Assembly: GCF_964188315.1 (NCBI RefSeq)
Contig: NC_135667.1
Coordinates: 11,904,001-11,968,000, forward strand
DNA length: 64,000 nt
Origin: Podarcis muralis
Lineage: Eukaryota
Direction of reading: 5' to 3'
Within the stretch, counting starts at the first letter, position 1. Each line of letters opens with the position of its first letter. Positions 10,901 to 23,607 of the stretch are shown here, piece by piece. The position numbers were made by a program, and so were the translations under genes. The notes beneath the pieces were generated by a model. The model was not told the DNA's origin, searched no databases, and worked only from the letters and a program-made list of their open reading frames with translations.

Positions 10901-13900
10901 ATCAGCCCGGGGCACGGGGTGCTCTGCTTCAGGGCGCCTCACACGCCAGGCGGCAGGCTGCCATCCGCAGCGTGGGGAGCCCTGCGGAACTCCCACAGGG
11001 CTCCCTAGGCTGCGGATGTCTTCCCGAAGCACCGGGCGCTCTGCTTTCAGCGCGGCCCACGCTCTGGGAAGCAGGCTGCTATCCGCAGCCTAGGGAGCCC
11101 TGCGGGAACTCCCGCGGGCTCCCCAGGCTTGCTGATAGCTTCCTGAAGTGCGCACCGACCCCTCTCGCTCTCCAAGCTTCAGCGAAAGCCTGTATTCGCC
11201 CCATAGGACGCAAACAGATTTCCCCTTCATTTTTGGAGGGGGAAAAGTGTGTCCTATAGGGCGAAAAATACGGTAATACAACAAAGACTCTTGAACTGCT
11301 TATTGAATTTCACCAAACAAATGAAAGTGTGTTTTCCTTGACAAACCAGAATAAAGTACTTCAGTAGTTTTTGTCACAATTGGATAGAAATATATGGCAT
11401 GTTTATGTAGGGGGGGGGGAGTTTACAAATGTGTTTGTTAGCACTTTTAAACTTAATTGTGCTATTTTATATCTGAACCATCTATTGATAGTAAAAAGAA
11501 ATATGTAACAAATATCCTTAATTTCTGAAGAGACAACTTTTTATTAGCAATAGATTTCTGCAGCCTATACTCAAGGAACCATGTGTTTGATTCTCACCTT
11601 CATTAGGAGCACTTCTGTGCCCTTATAATAATAAATACTGTACTTACAACTTTCCAAAGAACCGAATGAAAAAGCAACATTCTCTGTGGATGTTGAAGCC
11701 TCTGTATGTGCTCTCCAAGCACATTATGATTGGGCTATTCATTAAAAAAATGATCTGCTTTCCGTGTTAGACATTACCTGGAAATATTGTGGCTCATGAA
11801 GTCCCACATAGTGCCCAAGCATCATCTCTCCATATTTGGTTCTGGATGCCAACATGGCATGCAAAGCATGTGCCACAGCATAGACGGCATTGTAGATGCT
11901 GTAGCTTTGGCTGGTCATTTGCATTTCAAAAAAAGCCCCAGGAAGGCTCTCCAGCTTCTCCTCACCAGTGCAGGATCCCTCTTCTGTTTCCACATCTAGG
12001 AACTGGCAACCAAATGCCTGTTGCCAGAAGAACCTGATAAAGCCATCGGCCTCAGAGTGGGGATTTAGGTTCAGGAGGAAATGGTGGAACCCCTTAACCT
12101 CACTGGAATGAATGGCAAAGGATAAGGCACCATGGAAGTTTTGTATATCCAGATCTCTGTGAAATGTTTCTGATGAGAAATCCCAGTCGGCAGTCATAAC
12201 CCAGACCTTGTTTATTGGCCTCACACCATACATTACACCTGCTATTAGCATCCACTGCAAAAACTTCATGGTGTAAGTGTCTGCATTTACAACAAACACA
12301 TTGACATTGGTTTTGCTTAGGGAAATGGCCACTTTTTGACATTTCTCCACCACATCATAAATGTTGAAGAAATGACTGGCACTTGGCAATCTTTCAATGC
12401 TGGCTGCACAGATTTCACTCAAGGTAAATTGGTGTGTCAGTGTCTTCACAAACATTTCTCCTTGATTGTCAGCTGTGACAAAGATCCCAACCCATACCCA
12501 TTGGAAATACACAAGAAGCTGAACAATCCCATTGTATTGATTTGCTTCACTTGGTGTCATTTGGTATAAGGAAGAAATATGTTGGTTTGCACTCCGTGCT
12601 GCAGAATAGGTGATCTAGACATGAACAAAGGAGAGAGAGAGAGAATCAAGGTCATACGATTAGCCCAGCAGAGACAGAAGTTCTGTTTAGCTCCTTGAAC
12701 TGATTATCGTCTTCCAAAGCAACTACTCTATTCCGAATTTAAAAATGGAAAGTGTAATGCTGGTGGTCAACAAAAGAGGTTTAAAGACTGTCTCAAGGCA
12801 AATCTAAAAAAAATGTAGTATAAACACCGACAACTAGGAAACACTGGCCTACGAGCGCTGCAGTTGGAGAACAGCCTTTACCAAAGGTGTCATGGACTTT
12901 GAAGACACTCAAACTCAGAATACAAGGGAGAAACGTGTTAAGAGGAAGGCACGCTTGGCAAATCCACACTGTGATCAACTCACACCCGGGAACCAATGTC
13001 CCCACTATGGAAGGACATGTGGGTCCAGAATTGGCCTCCACGGTCACTTTCGGACTCATTGTTAAAACAGTGTTTATGGAAGAGAATCTTACTCGGCTAC
13101 GAGTGATCGCCAACAAAGAAGACGAATTAAAGTCTCTGTTTCTGTTCAAGCTGGTCATTTTAGGAACTTTTAACATCAAGGCCTAGTGCCAGAGACTGTT
13201 GTTTATCCTTCTCCTTCATCCTATTTTTTAACTTTTGGACTCTGACATATGGCCTGTAAGCTAAGAGCAAGTATGATTTGAGAAACAGTATCCTACAAAG
13301 CAATGGGACTCAGGATCGCTTAGCCCAATCCTAATTGATAATTGTATTCTTAAGAACCTCTTCTGAACCTTCCAAGTGTGATGAGAAATTCTACATAGAG
13401 CTGATACTAGGTCTAGAGACACTCAGAGAGTTTTATATTACACTCATTCTCCTGTTTTCCACTGGACCTTATATTGGAGTATAAACCATATAAACAATTT
13501 CACCATGAGATTAATTGAAACAACTGAAAAAAAAAAGGTTTGACATCAAGCTCCCCCTGCTTTCATCAGAAGCTTTTCTGTGATGCCAAAATATTTTTTG
13601 TGTGTGACCTATTTTCCTATTTGCTGCAACTGGTGACTCTTCCCCACTCTAAAGTGAGTGCATCAGTGTCATCTGCTTTGTGTTTGTAACAAATCCTTTT
13701 CTCCCTTCACGCACATTTCTCCCTTCACTCACACCCAAAGCCTGGGAATATACAATAATAAAACATGTCCCAGTTGTGAATGCTTCAACCCTATTAGAAT
13801 CATGTTACCTGTGGAATCTTGTAGCAGCTTAAGATGGAATCCATGTAGATTGACGTTTCAGAGTCAAGACCCCCAATGACAGCTATCAGGTTCATCTCAG

Positions 13901-15176
13901 CACCACACTTGTAGTTGGGAACAGTCTTCTCATGGCGAGAGACAAGATTCAAAGTATTCTGATAAGTCATCCTTGCATTGAAGTAGCTGTCATAGATCTG
14001 GAACCCCAGAGTGATGTTTAGTAAAATCTTGGCGTTCTCATTGACTTCCTTCACAGCAAAGACTAAGGATAGGGCATGCTGGTAGTTCTTTGGCACTGCA
14101 CTGAAGCAAGAGAAAAAAGATGATGCGTATAATGGGTTTTCCTGCTTTCGCTGGTGTATAGTCTGCAGACTAATCCACACTGTCCATCATCAAACCTGTA
14201 TATTTATTTCATATGGGAGAGAAGGGAGTTTCAATTCCATTAAATATTTGCTCCGTGATGCACAGAATCACCATAGCAAATATATAAAGAATGCAAGAAG
14301 ATGATGTTCAGTACTGTATATAAAGAGTAAACCTGCTCAAAAAATTGCTAATGCACCCATAGGGATTAGTTTGTGGATTTCGCCACTTGTCATCCTTTTC
14401 TGTTCATGACGCTTATGCATGAAAATTCATCACTTTCATTGTAAATTTTGCCTAATATACTCATGATTTTATGAAATTTTGCAACAGTTTTGTATGCTGT
14501 CTGTAACAAGAAACAGTATGTATTTATAGTGCCACTTTACCCTATCATTTGCATTTTTGTACATGCTATTTAGATGGAAAACTGCATTGCAGAATTCAGA
14601 AAAGTGTGAATTTGAAGGGATAGATCTTTTATTGTTATTGTTTAGTTGTTTAGTCGTGCCCGACTCTTCCCCTATTGTTCCAGCAATTGTGAAAGAGGCA
14701 GGCTGTTTTTAATTGTGAATGAAATCAAAGTACTCCCCCATCTCTATTTACAATCAGCCCAGGGGTGTCTCTTCTCCTTATTGACTCCAACTCCACCTAC
14801 TGTTGGTCTCCCTGCTTCCCATCTTACAAGTCTCATTGAGCACCTGCCACCACAAGCAAATTGCTTCTGTTATCTAGTATTTTTCCGACTTGGGACTTTT
14901 TTACCCAGAGAATGAAAAATCTTCTTACGCATATTCATCAGCAAGCATTTCATTTGGCTTCTCCTTGAAGTATAGTAGAGTGAAGGAGGGTGAGAATAGC
15001 TGTGAAGTGATACCACCGATGATGAAGTGCCCAGGCTGATAATATTGGTGTTGGACATGAATGGGGTCAGTCACACAATGCAAAGCAGGATGTACTGAAA
15101 ATAGAGGGAACATGATGGGTAGCAGCAAAAAGAGTACCTCTAATATCCTGAGATGAAAGTCTACTCTTCTTAACAT
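4904..15176 (-). CDS. Vmn2r: V2R gene B, intact 6-exon vomeronasal type-2 receptor (about 877 aa)
   Basis: Exons: 14929-15176, 13809-14100 (292), 11778-12614 (837), 9692-9919 (228), 9068-9194 (127, cysteine-rich domain [16 protein letters not shown]), 4904-5805 (902, 7TM with [14 protein letters not shown] and FSPKCY). All introns GT-AG, phases compatible, total 2634 nt. Confidence 0.93.
6409..6663 (+). mobile_element. Probable Tc1/mariner-type MITE left end, cut by the assembly gap
   Basis: TA + CAGTGGTACCTCGG, the same terminal motif as the MITEs at 15533, 41393 and 43952; other end not seen. Confidence 0.4.
6664..6850. other. Assembly gap (N run)
   Basis: 187 N. Confidence 0.99.
6884..6917 (-). 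ncRNA. Minimal hammerhead ribozyme motif (minus copy, sense to the gene B pre-mRNA)
   Basis: Exact reverse complement of 8780-8813. Confidence 0.6.
8780..8813 (+). ncRNA. Minimal hammerhead ribozyme motif in the Penelope-like arm (plus copy)
   Basis: CTGAAGA-T-GACGAG-tgagac-CTCGTC-GAAA-C-GTC: core CUGANGA, 6-bp stem II, GAAA, palindromic ACGU in place of stem III, GUC cleavage triplet. Stem I is only about 2 bp. Confidence 0.6.
8898..8921. repeat. (TA)n microsatellite at the Penelope-like element end
   Basis: Direct read. Confidence 0.95.
10499..11273. mobile_element. Non-autonomous Tc1/mariner (pogo/Tigger-like) MITE with an internal GC-rich tandem array
   Basis: TIR CCGTATTTTTCG(T/C)CC(C/T)ATAGGAC at both ends, TA TSD (10497-10498, 11274-11275); about four ~120-bp units between ~10680 and ~11140. 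Confidence 0.85.
12705..13126 (+). mobile_element. RTE-clade LINE 3' fragment
   Basis: Decayed frame '[30 protein letters not shown]....RCSWR', then a C2H2-like '[20 protein letters not shown]' and a short 3' UTR. Confidence 0.8.
14631..14669 (-). mobile_element. Bov-B LINE extreme 3' end
   Basis: Reverse complement of gaagagtcgggcacgactaaacaactaaacaataacaat. Confidence 0.6.
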
Positions 15177-15532
15177 TAAAGCACCTGCTTCAGTCTAAAC
15201 TCATTATCATCCTCCACTGTCAACCTCCACTGACATCTGTTGCTATGAGCAGCTCAGGCTATTGGTATAAGTGGTAGATCAGTTCTCATTGGAACTGGGT
15301 AGTCTTTATAAAAATTCTGAATTTCACTCTGGCATATGCTTGTTGACACCAAAATGCTATGTGGTTATTGCCAGAGGAAGGCTGAATCACAGTGCCTTGA
15401 GATAATTTTAGGGTTCATAGTCCCTGGTGCATTGCAATCTAGTTGGCATTATGTGTAATAGAACCATTGAGCAAATCATGTTTTACTCCTCTTGACAAAG
15501 CTCTTCTGTCCTCTGTTGTGAGACAGGCAATA

Positions 15533-15867
15533 CAGTGGTACCTCAGGTTACATACGCTTCAGGTTACATACGCTTCAGGTTACAGGCTCCGCTAACCCAG
15601 AAATAGTGAATCATATCATAGAATCATAGAGTTGGAAGAGACCACAAGGGCCATCGAGTCCAACCCCCTGCCAAGCAGGAAACACCATCAGAGGTTAAGT
15701 GCTTCAGGTTAAGTACTTTGCTTCAGGATGAGAACAGAAATTGTGCTCCGGGAGCACGGTAGCAGCAGGAGGCCCCATTAGCTAAAGTGGTGCTTTAGGT
15801 TAAGAGCAGTTTCAGGTTAAGTACGGACCTCCGGAACAAATTAAGTACTTAACCTGAGGTACCACTG
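15533..15867. mobile_element. Tc1/mariner MITE (CAGTGGTACCTC.GGTTA TIR) carrying a nested CR1-type 3' tail
   Basis: TIRs with TA TSD; relative to the copy at 41393-41634 it has an extra segment at ~15610-15692 (catagaatcatagagttggaagagaccac...). Confidence 0.85.
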
Positions 15868-16040
15868 TAAATGCCTACGTTCCACAAAACTAGAGAGAAA
15901 ATCTAACACCCACAGATGGACCATAATGAACATGCTTTGCTTGCAGCATGGCCCAGGTCCATTTTGTAAGAGCTTCATTTTAAAGGGAAGGACCACCTGA
16001 TGAGATGGTCCTGCACAGTGCAGTAATTAGTTCAATGTAT

Positions 16041-16476
16041 AACAACAACAACAACAACAATTTATAATAATTTATAATAATAATGATTTATTATTTATAC
16101 CCCGCCCATCTGGCTGGGTTTCCCCAGCCACTCTGGCCAGTTTCCAACCAAATATTAAAAACAATACAGCATCAGACATTAAAAAACTTCCCTAAACAGT
16201 TGTCTTTTATAAGTAAAATAGTTGTTTATTGCCTTGACATCTGCTGGGAGGGCGTTCCACAGGGCAGGTGCCACTACCGAGAAGGTCCTCTGTCTGGTTC
16301 CCTGTAACCTCACTTCTCGCAGCGAGGGAACTGCCAGAAGGCCCTCAGCACTGGACCTCAGTGTCCGGGCTGGATGATGGGGGTGGAGACGCTCCTTCAG
16401 GTATACAGGACCGAGGCCATTTACGGCTTTAAAGGTCAGCACCAACACTTTGAATTGTGCTCGGAAAGGTACTGGG
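16041..16476 (-). mobile_element. L2 LINE 3' fragment
   Basis: '[48 protein letters not shown]', followed by a 3' UTR (agagtggctggggaaacccagccagatgggcgggg) and simple-repeat tail. Confidence 0.85.
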
Positions 16477-16882
16477 TCAATTTCAAATGGATCTTTTAAT
16501 CTTATTTTAATTCTATTGTGGTTTAATTGCATTTTAATGGTTCTCTTTTCTATATCTTTAGCTTGTTCTACTTTATGTGTGTAAGCCACACATTGAGTCC
16601 CAAACTGGGGAAAAGGTGGGATATATTATGAAGGCTAAGAATAAGGATAAGGATAAGGATAAGTGAAATGACCTTTTACCCTGTCCCAAGCTGCAAAGTG
16701 CTTTTTAAACCTACGCCAGCAGCAGCACCTTCAGCTTACCTTATTAGCTTACCTTATTAGCGCAGACACCACAACCATGAAGTCCAACAGAAGGTGAGAG
16801 GTGGGGGGTGCTGGATTTTGCTGTCACCAAGGGTGCCACTGAAATTTGGACAGTCTAGGAGGCTCGAAGGACATTCTGTTAT

Positions 16883-17247
16883 GGGATGCAGGTGGCACTG
16901 TGGGTAAAACCTCAGCACCTAGGACTTGCCGATCTCATGGTCGGCGGTTCGAATCCCCGTGGCGGGGTGAGCTCCTGTCGTTCGGTCCCAGCTCCTGCCC
17001 ACCTAGCAGTTCGAAAGCACCCTTAAGTGCAAGTAGATAAATAGGTACCGCTTTCTAGCGGGAAGGTAAACGGCGTTTCCGTGTGCTGCTCTGGTACCGG
17101 TTCGCTAGAGCAGCTTCGTCACGCTGGCCAAGTGACCCGGAAGTGTCTGCGGACAGCGCTGGTTCCCGGCCTCTAGAGTGAGATGAGCGCACAACCCTAG
17201 AGTCTGGCAAGACTGGCCCATACGGGCAGGGGTACCTTTACCTTTAC
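16883..17247 (+). mobile_element. Sauria SINE (tRNA-derived head, ACCTTT tail)
   Basis: Head gggatgcaggtggcactgtggg with B-box ggttcgaatcc, body ctagcagttcgaaagca..gcaagtagataaatagg, tail gtacctttacctttac. Confidence 0.9.
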
Positions 17248-17449
17248 TTAGAAGGCCATAGATTGTTTAATGAGCCCAAGGCCTGGAACAGGCCTGTTTT
17301 TATTTGTTTATTTGTTTATTATTTTCATTTCTATACCACTTTATATTTTTAAGAAAAATCTCAAAGTGGTTTACCGCACATTAAACATCAATAAAACAAT
17401 CCAGAATCAAAACCTGGCACCAAAAATATGTAACGGAGGAGGAGGCATT

Positions 17450-17720
17450 TGAAGAAGGGAGGTTTGGAGGGTGCCAACATCATAACAGGCCTTTTCTGTG
17501 GTGGGTCCCTGTTTGCAGTATGATTTCCCCAGCATATATTTTGGCACCACATGAAAGCATTCCTCTTTGGCTGTAAATGATTCTGTGACCTTTTAAAGCA
17601 GGGTGAGTTTTGTCTTCCCCCCACTTTACTATTATAAAATTGATTAATTTGTGTTTTATTCTGTAAACCACCCTGTGGTCTCTTGATGAAGGGGTGTATA
17701 TAAATTTAATAAATAATAAG
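17450..17720 (+). mobile_element. Decayed L2-type 3' end
   Basis: aggccttttctgtggtgg.. and ttgtaaaccaccctg..gtatataaatttaataaataataa tail, resembling the other L2 ends in the window. Confidence 0.5.
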
Positions 17721-18082
17721 AGTGATAATCTATATATGACATGGCACAGTGTCCACATGGATTAGTTTTAATGATGGCACTGGAACAATTGTAGAGGGAA
17801 CATGTTTCTTTGAACTGGTAACCTTTTAAGCAAACATAACTGATGGACAACATTAACCTAACATTTAAACCAAGGAATCTTTATGTAGAGAAAAGCATAG
17901 CATTTTGGGGGGACCAGAGATGTATTCGTAAATATGCCACCTCTGATTAATGGTCAATATCCTATCTTCAGACTCTCATTGGACATATTCCAGCTATTTG
18001 CTCAGCAAAATTAAATGGAAATAAAGCGTATTTCAGTCAACTGGATTTACTTCCGAGTATCATGATTTCAGTTGTTTGATTT

Positions 18083-19527
18083 TTAGTTATTTCTCTTTTT
18101 TAGCTGCTCTTTACTGTTCAGTTCAGGTCTGAGGACAATTATATAGCATTTAGGGGAGAAAATACAACCCAGTATCCCTGCGCTGGAGGCCAAGATAGAG
18201 AAGATCTCCACAGCCACCATGTATTTTCCTTTGGTGCTCAGAAACGTTGGAACAAAAGAAAGCCAAACACTGCAAAACACCAGCATGCTGAAAGTGATGA
18301 ATTTGGCTTCATTAAAAGTGTCTGGCAGTCTCCGAGCAAAGAAAGCCACAACAAAGCTGACAAGAGCCAGTAATCCCATGTAACCAAGAATATAGTAGAA
18401 CATGTGGGTTGATCCTTCATTGCATTCCACTACAATTTCTTCAGGAAGAGAATGCATGTCTAAATCTGGAAAGGGAGGGTCTGTACATAGCCATAGCATG
18501 CAAATACCTACTTGGATAACTGAACAGCTGAAAATAATAGAGTTTGAGAATCTTTTCCCCACCCATTTCCTTATTTTGGATCCTGGCTTGGTAGCCATGA
18601 AAGCCAGAACCACAGTGAGGGTTTTTGCCAAAACAGAAGAAACAGCTACTGAAAAGATGATACCGAAAGCAGTTTGTCGTAACTGACAAGTTAGTGTCTG
18701 AGGCCTTCCAATGAATAGCAAGGAGCAGAGGAAGCAGAGGAGGAGGGAGACGAGCAGAGTGTAGGTGAGGTTCTGGTTGTTGGCTTTGACAATAGGAGTC
18801 TTCCGGTGCTTGACAAAGATTCCAAACACCAACACTGTTGTTGAAGATAGTGACAGAGTCAAAACAGTCAAACTGATGCCCAAAGGTTCATCATAAGATA
18901 AAAAGTTCAGATATTTCAGAAGGCACTCGTTTCTCTCTTTATTAGGATATTGATGTTCTTGGCATTCAAAACAATCATCCATATCTTTAAAAAGAAAAAG
19001 AAAATGGTAATAGTATTTTAATCAACCACTTCTTCCATATTATACTGTATTACCAAAGTATAATAGAGATATTGAATGGACTGATGTTATTGCATGGATT
19101 GATGTTATTGTTGATTATCTAACATGCAGGCAGATTACCATAGAACTATTTAGTTTCCCTGTGGCTAGTATGAGGAAATGCTTAGCCCAGAAGTGCATTT
19201 GTTTCAAACGCAGGAAAGGCCCTTGTAAAGCAGCACCATGAAAAATTAACCCCTCTAATTTCAATTAGAAGGGGTTAGAAGATACATCTCCTTCTTGCCC
19301 CTGCTTCCTGGCTGTATGCTTATCCAAGTTTAGGGGAAAATGAAAATCCCTCTTATTTAGCATTTCCCCCCCCCCCCAACTATTTGACCAGAGGATGCAA
19401 AGTGGAGCAGGTGGTCTCTTAGTTGGCACTTGATAGGAAAGAGTGAGAGCCTCAGGGTGGATTGAGTGGGCTGTGCAAATTTCTATCTAATATTCCTGAT
19501 GGTGATTGTTGTAGGGTGGCCTAGGGT

Positions 19528-19564
<37 letters not shown>

Positions 19565-22500
19565 TTGTGTGGTTTTTCTGTCTCTCAATGAAAGTTTTAT
19601 CCAGCACTCTATAGGCCTCCCAGCTTCCCTTGCTTCCTGATCTGAAAAAGCCCCATGTCATCCCCCCCCTTATTGAAGCATAGGCATGTGGAAAGCCTGC
19701 AGACTGCAGACAACTGGTTAGATTACTGGCAAAATGAAATAAAATACGCTCACGAACACTCTTCAGCCATCACAAATGGAATGTGAATAAACCTTGCAGA
19801 TGAGAATTTCAGCAAAGTTTCTCTCCTTTGGTCATTTTCAAATGCAATTGCTCATAATGGGTCAGCAAAGTTTTTTTGTGTTTTTTTTTTTTTAAATGGA
19901 AGTATTTATTATTATTTTGTGGCATAGCCCTATGAGATACAAAATGGTTCTGAACATCCTTTAGAAAATAATGTCTCCTTACCCTTCACATTTGAAATCT
20001 TCCCCTCTGGACATGGAAGACACTCATAGCAACAAAATGGCTTGCCCTCCTTCTTTTTTCTGCTGAAACCTGGATAGCAATAGTCATTACACAAGGCAAG
20101 GGGGATAGCCTGTTCATAAAAGGGAAGAGATAACATTTATAAAATCTCTCGTAACAGTGAGGTTGCTGAATTTAACAAAGAGCATCATGTGCCTCTGATA
20201 GGGTTTTGTATGTTTATTCAACCAGAGTTAACACGAAAGGGTGAGGGGTCAGCAGTCTTAGAAGATACCACTTCCTTTTAGCAGGGTGGGTTGATTTTTT
20301 GGTGGGGTCATGCTGGATGAATTGCTGAAAAGATAGGATCTATGTTTTGAGTCATTCGGGAATCTTTTCCCTCACTCTAAATAAGTTGAGGTTTCCTCAT
20401 ATGAGCACCCTTTAAATTAACCCATTGTCCTCTTACAGAACTTTGTAGAGTTGTAATGCCAGCATGTGCACCGTTTAATACCTGGTAGGCTGGGATCACA
20501 CTGGGGAAGAGAAGCCTTGGTGAGTAAAACCATTACAGAAAGAAGATCTAGCATTTGTGCAATTTCATATTGTAATGAACAGGTTGCTAAATTGTAACAA
20601 AAGTTCATATGCTTCACAGGGAGGTTGTATTCAGGGTGCTATTGATACTATCTCCTGAAAGAAGAGGGATGTTTTAAGCACTGACAGAGGATGGCACATC
20701 CTTTTTTCAGTGCTGTGTATGTGTGTGTGTTAGTGAACTGCTACAAAACAGAATTCAATTCAATTCAAAATCCTTTATTAGGCATATCACACCTCACATT
20801 AACAAACAAACATCATATACAGACTGTATAAAATATGGGCTCATCGAACACAATTTATCCCAGTCCTATTCTTAACTCCAAGAAATAAATCGATGTACAT
20901 AAATAATATAATACAACACAGCAACATCACCCACCATTAAAAACCACTAAGTCTCTTTATCATGGCCCATTCTTTCTTCATGGACAGCACTTAAAAATTC
21001 AGCCGCTATTAAAGTAATTTGATCATCGCTGTCTGCCAGCAGGTCCTGAACAGTTGGTTGTGTAAAAAACTGTCTATTAAATTTTAGGGCCTCAAATAAT
21101 TGTCTTCTGGCATAGCTGCCAAAATCACAGGAAAAGAATATATGCTCTAGAGTATCGGGTTCCTGTTTTCTGCATTTACAGAGACGCTCTGATTCTGGGA
21201 TAGCTAAGTATTCTCACTACCGCCGAGGGAAACATGTTAAATCTGGCCAACATAAACAGCCTACACGATTCATGTTTCTTCAGATTTGTCATGTATCCCT
21301 TTTGGAAATCTCTACACAAAGGGAGATTTAGGTGGATAGGAGAGCAGGCACTGTGCTTTGCAACCTCAAGCATGGCGAGAACACTTTTTTCTGTGAGGGT
21401 CTTCCTGATAATTTCCCATATATCTTTGGGATCAGAGATTTCAAAATCAGTTAGAGTGAGCCCTATCGAATCCAGTTTTCTCCTACAAATCAATGGTAGA
21501 TTGTAGATTGCACTATCACTTAAAAGATTGTAAAGTATAGAATTAGGGGATAGGGCTCTATAATGGAGGAAGATCCAATATTTCAAGGTCCTCAGCCATG
21601 CTTCTTACAAAACAGAATGAAATAGCTTTGTGGCTGTTGTTTTTTTAAAAAAAATGGAACAAAAATGTTAAGAATAATAAAAAGAATAATAAAAAGAAAC
21701 TTTGATCTCATACGGAATTAGGTCTGCGTTCCCTAAATAATATCTGATTTGGGACCACCACACAGGAAATGATCCTTTGTCTTCATTCCAATTTATCTTC
21801 TCCCCTAAAACCAATCCTTTTTTTCTGGTGGTACTCACTAGTACACAGTGTTTGCACCTCCCCCTACAATCAATGTTCAGCTGCGTGGGGAGCTGTGCCA
21901 TGAGTAAAGGCCTGCCGGGGTCCGGTCGCTGCCACACACACACAAGCACAGACACACACAGACACACACCCCGGGCTGGCTTGAGCACACAAATCTTGCT
22001 CCCCAAGGAGCCTGAGAATGGATGGTGCAGCATGTGATGCGCTTCCCCCATTGTGCGCTGTGCACTGCTGCTGGTCGTATATGTTCTGGTTGCCTAGATG
22101 GTGGCGCTCATGATGGTCAGGGCAGGAGCTGCTTTTGAGTGCCAGCACCCTTTTTTCTAGGAAAAACAGGTGCTACCTAAAATTGATTTTACAAAAGCAG
22201 TGGGGAAGGTCAAACAATATTTAGTATTTACTCCCTTATTCATTCATATGTTTTAGTTCTATTCCAGCTTTTCACAAATGGCTTCCAAGAGTAGGATTAA
22301 CTGATCAACATTGTACCCTAGACTATCCAGTCTGACCCTACCTGATTTAATTGGTTGTGCCATGTAATCATTGTCTCGTTGATGGAGATCTGTCCGTCCA
22401 GTGGTTCTTGAGGCTCCATTCTTCCTACTTTCACCTTTAGGAAAGATTTGTTTGGGAAAGTGACCCAATTGATAATATCAAATCCAGCTAACAATTCACC

Positions 22501-23551
22501 CTTCTCATCAAAGGACACTTTGTCACCAGCACTGTTGTTGAATGAGATGCTCCTAAGAAAAGCATGAAGCTAGAGTAAAAGATGTTTAAGTCAGATTTTT
22601 GAAGTGTGAATGTGCTTTATATGCAATGTGCTCTGTGTGGCACTGCCCTTGAGATTGGTTTGGAAGCTGTAGCTGGTGCAAAATATCCCATACACTGGGA
22701 CAGAGTATTGCCTATACTGTATATTACCCCACTTTTTGAAGAATTGCGTGGGCTGCCAATTAGCTACTGGGCTAATTCAAAGTGCTGGTTTTGGCGTATA
22801 AAACCCTACACAGGTTGGGTCCATGATACCTGAAAATTTTTTCTTACCCCTTATATCAGGGGTCAGCAAACTTTTTCAGCAGGGGGCCAGTCCACTGTCC
22901 CTCAGACCTTGTGGGGGCAGGACTATATTTTGAAAAAACAGCAACCATGAATGAATTCCTATGCCCCACAAATAACCGAGAGATGCATTTTAAATAAAAG
23001 CACAAATTCTACTCATATAAAAACACACTGATTTCTGGACCGTCCGCAGGCTGGATTTAGAAGGCAACTGGGCCGGATCCAGCTCCCAGGTATATAAGGC
23101 ATGGGTTTGCCTACCCATGCCTTATAAACTCAGTTGATCACTGCACTCTTCTTGGAGGGGCTCCTGCAGAAATCATCTTATCAGGAAGTACATTCCAAAC
23201 AATCTAAGAAATTGGCATTTAGTCTTCTGGCTTTAGTCTTCGGCCCAGTATACCTGAAGGATCATTTCCACGCCCATCATCCAACCTGGACACTGAGTTT
23301 CAGCGCCAAGGGCCTTCTGGCACTTCCCTCAGTGCAAGAAGCAAAGTTACAGGGAACCGGGCAAAGGACCTTCTTGATAGTGGCACCCGCCCTGTGGAAC
23401 ACCCTCCCATCAGATGTCAAAGAAATTAAAATCTATCTGACGTTTAGAAGACATCTGAAGGCAGCCCTGTTTAGGGAAGTTTTTAATGACTGATGTTTTA
23501 ATGTATTTTTTATCTTTTGTTTATACCCCATAGTGGCTGGGGTATAAATAA

Positions 23552-23607
<56 letters not shown>

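Noticed and set aside
10680-11140. CRISPR-like or regularly interspaced repeat array
   Set aside because: Units are contiguous diverged tandem copies inside a TA-flanked MITE, with no unique spacers, in eukaryotic DNA.
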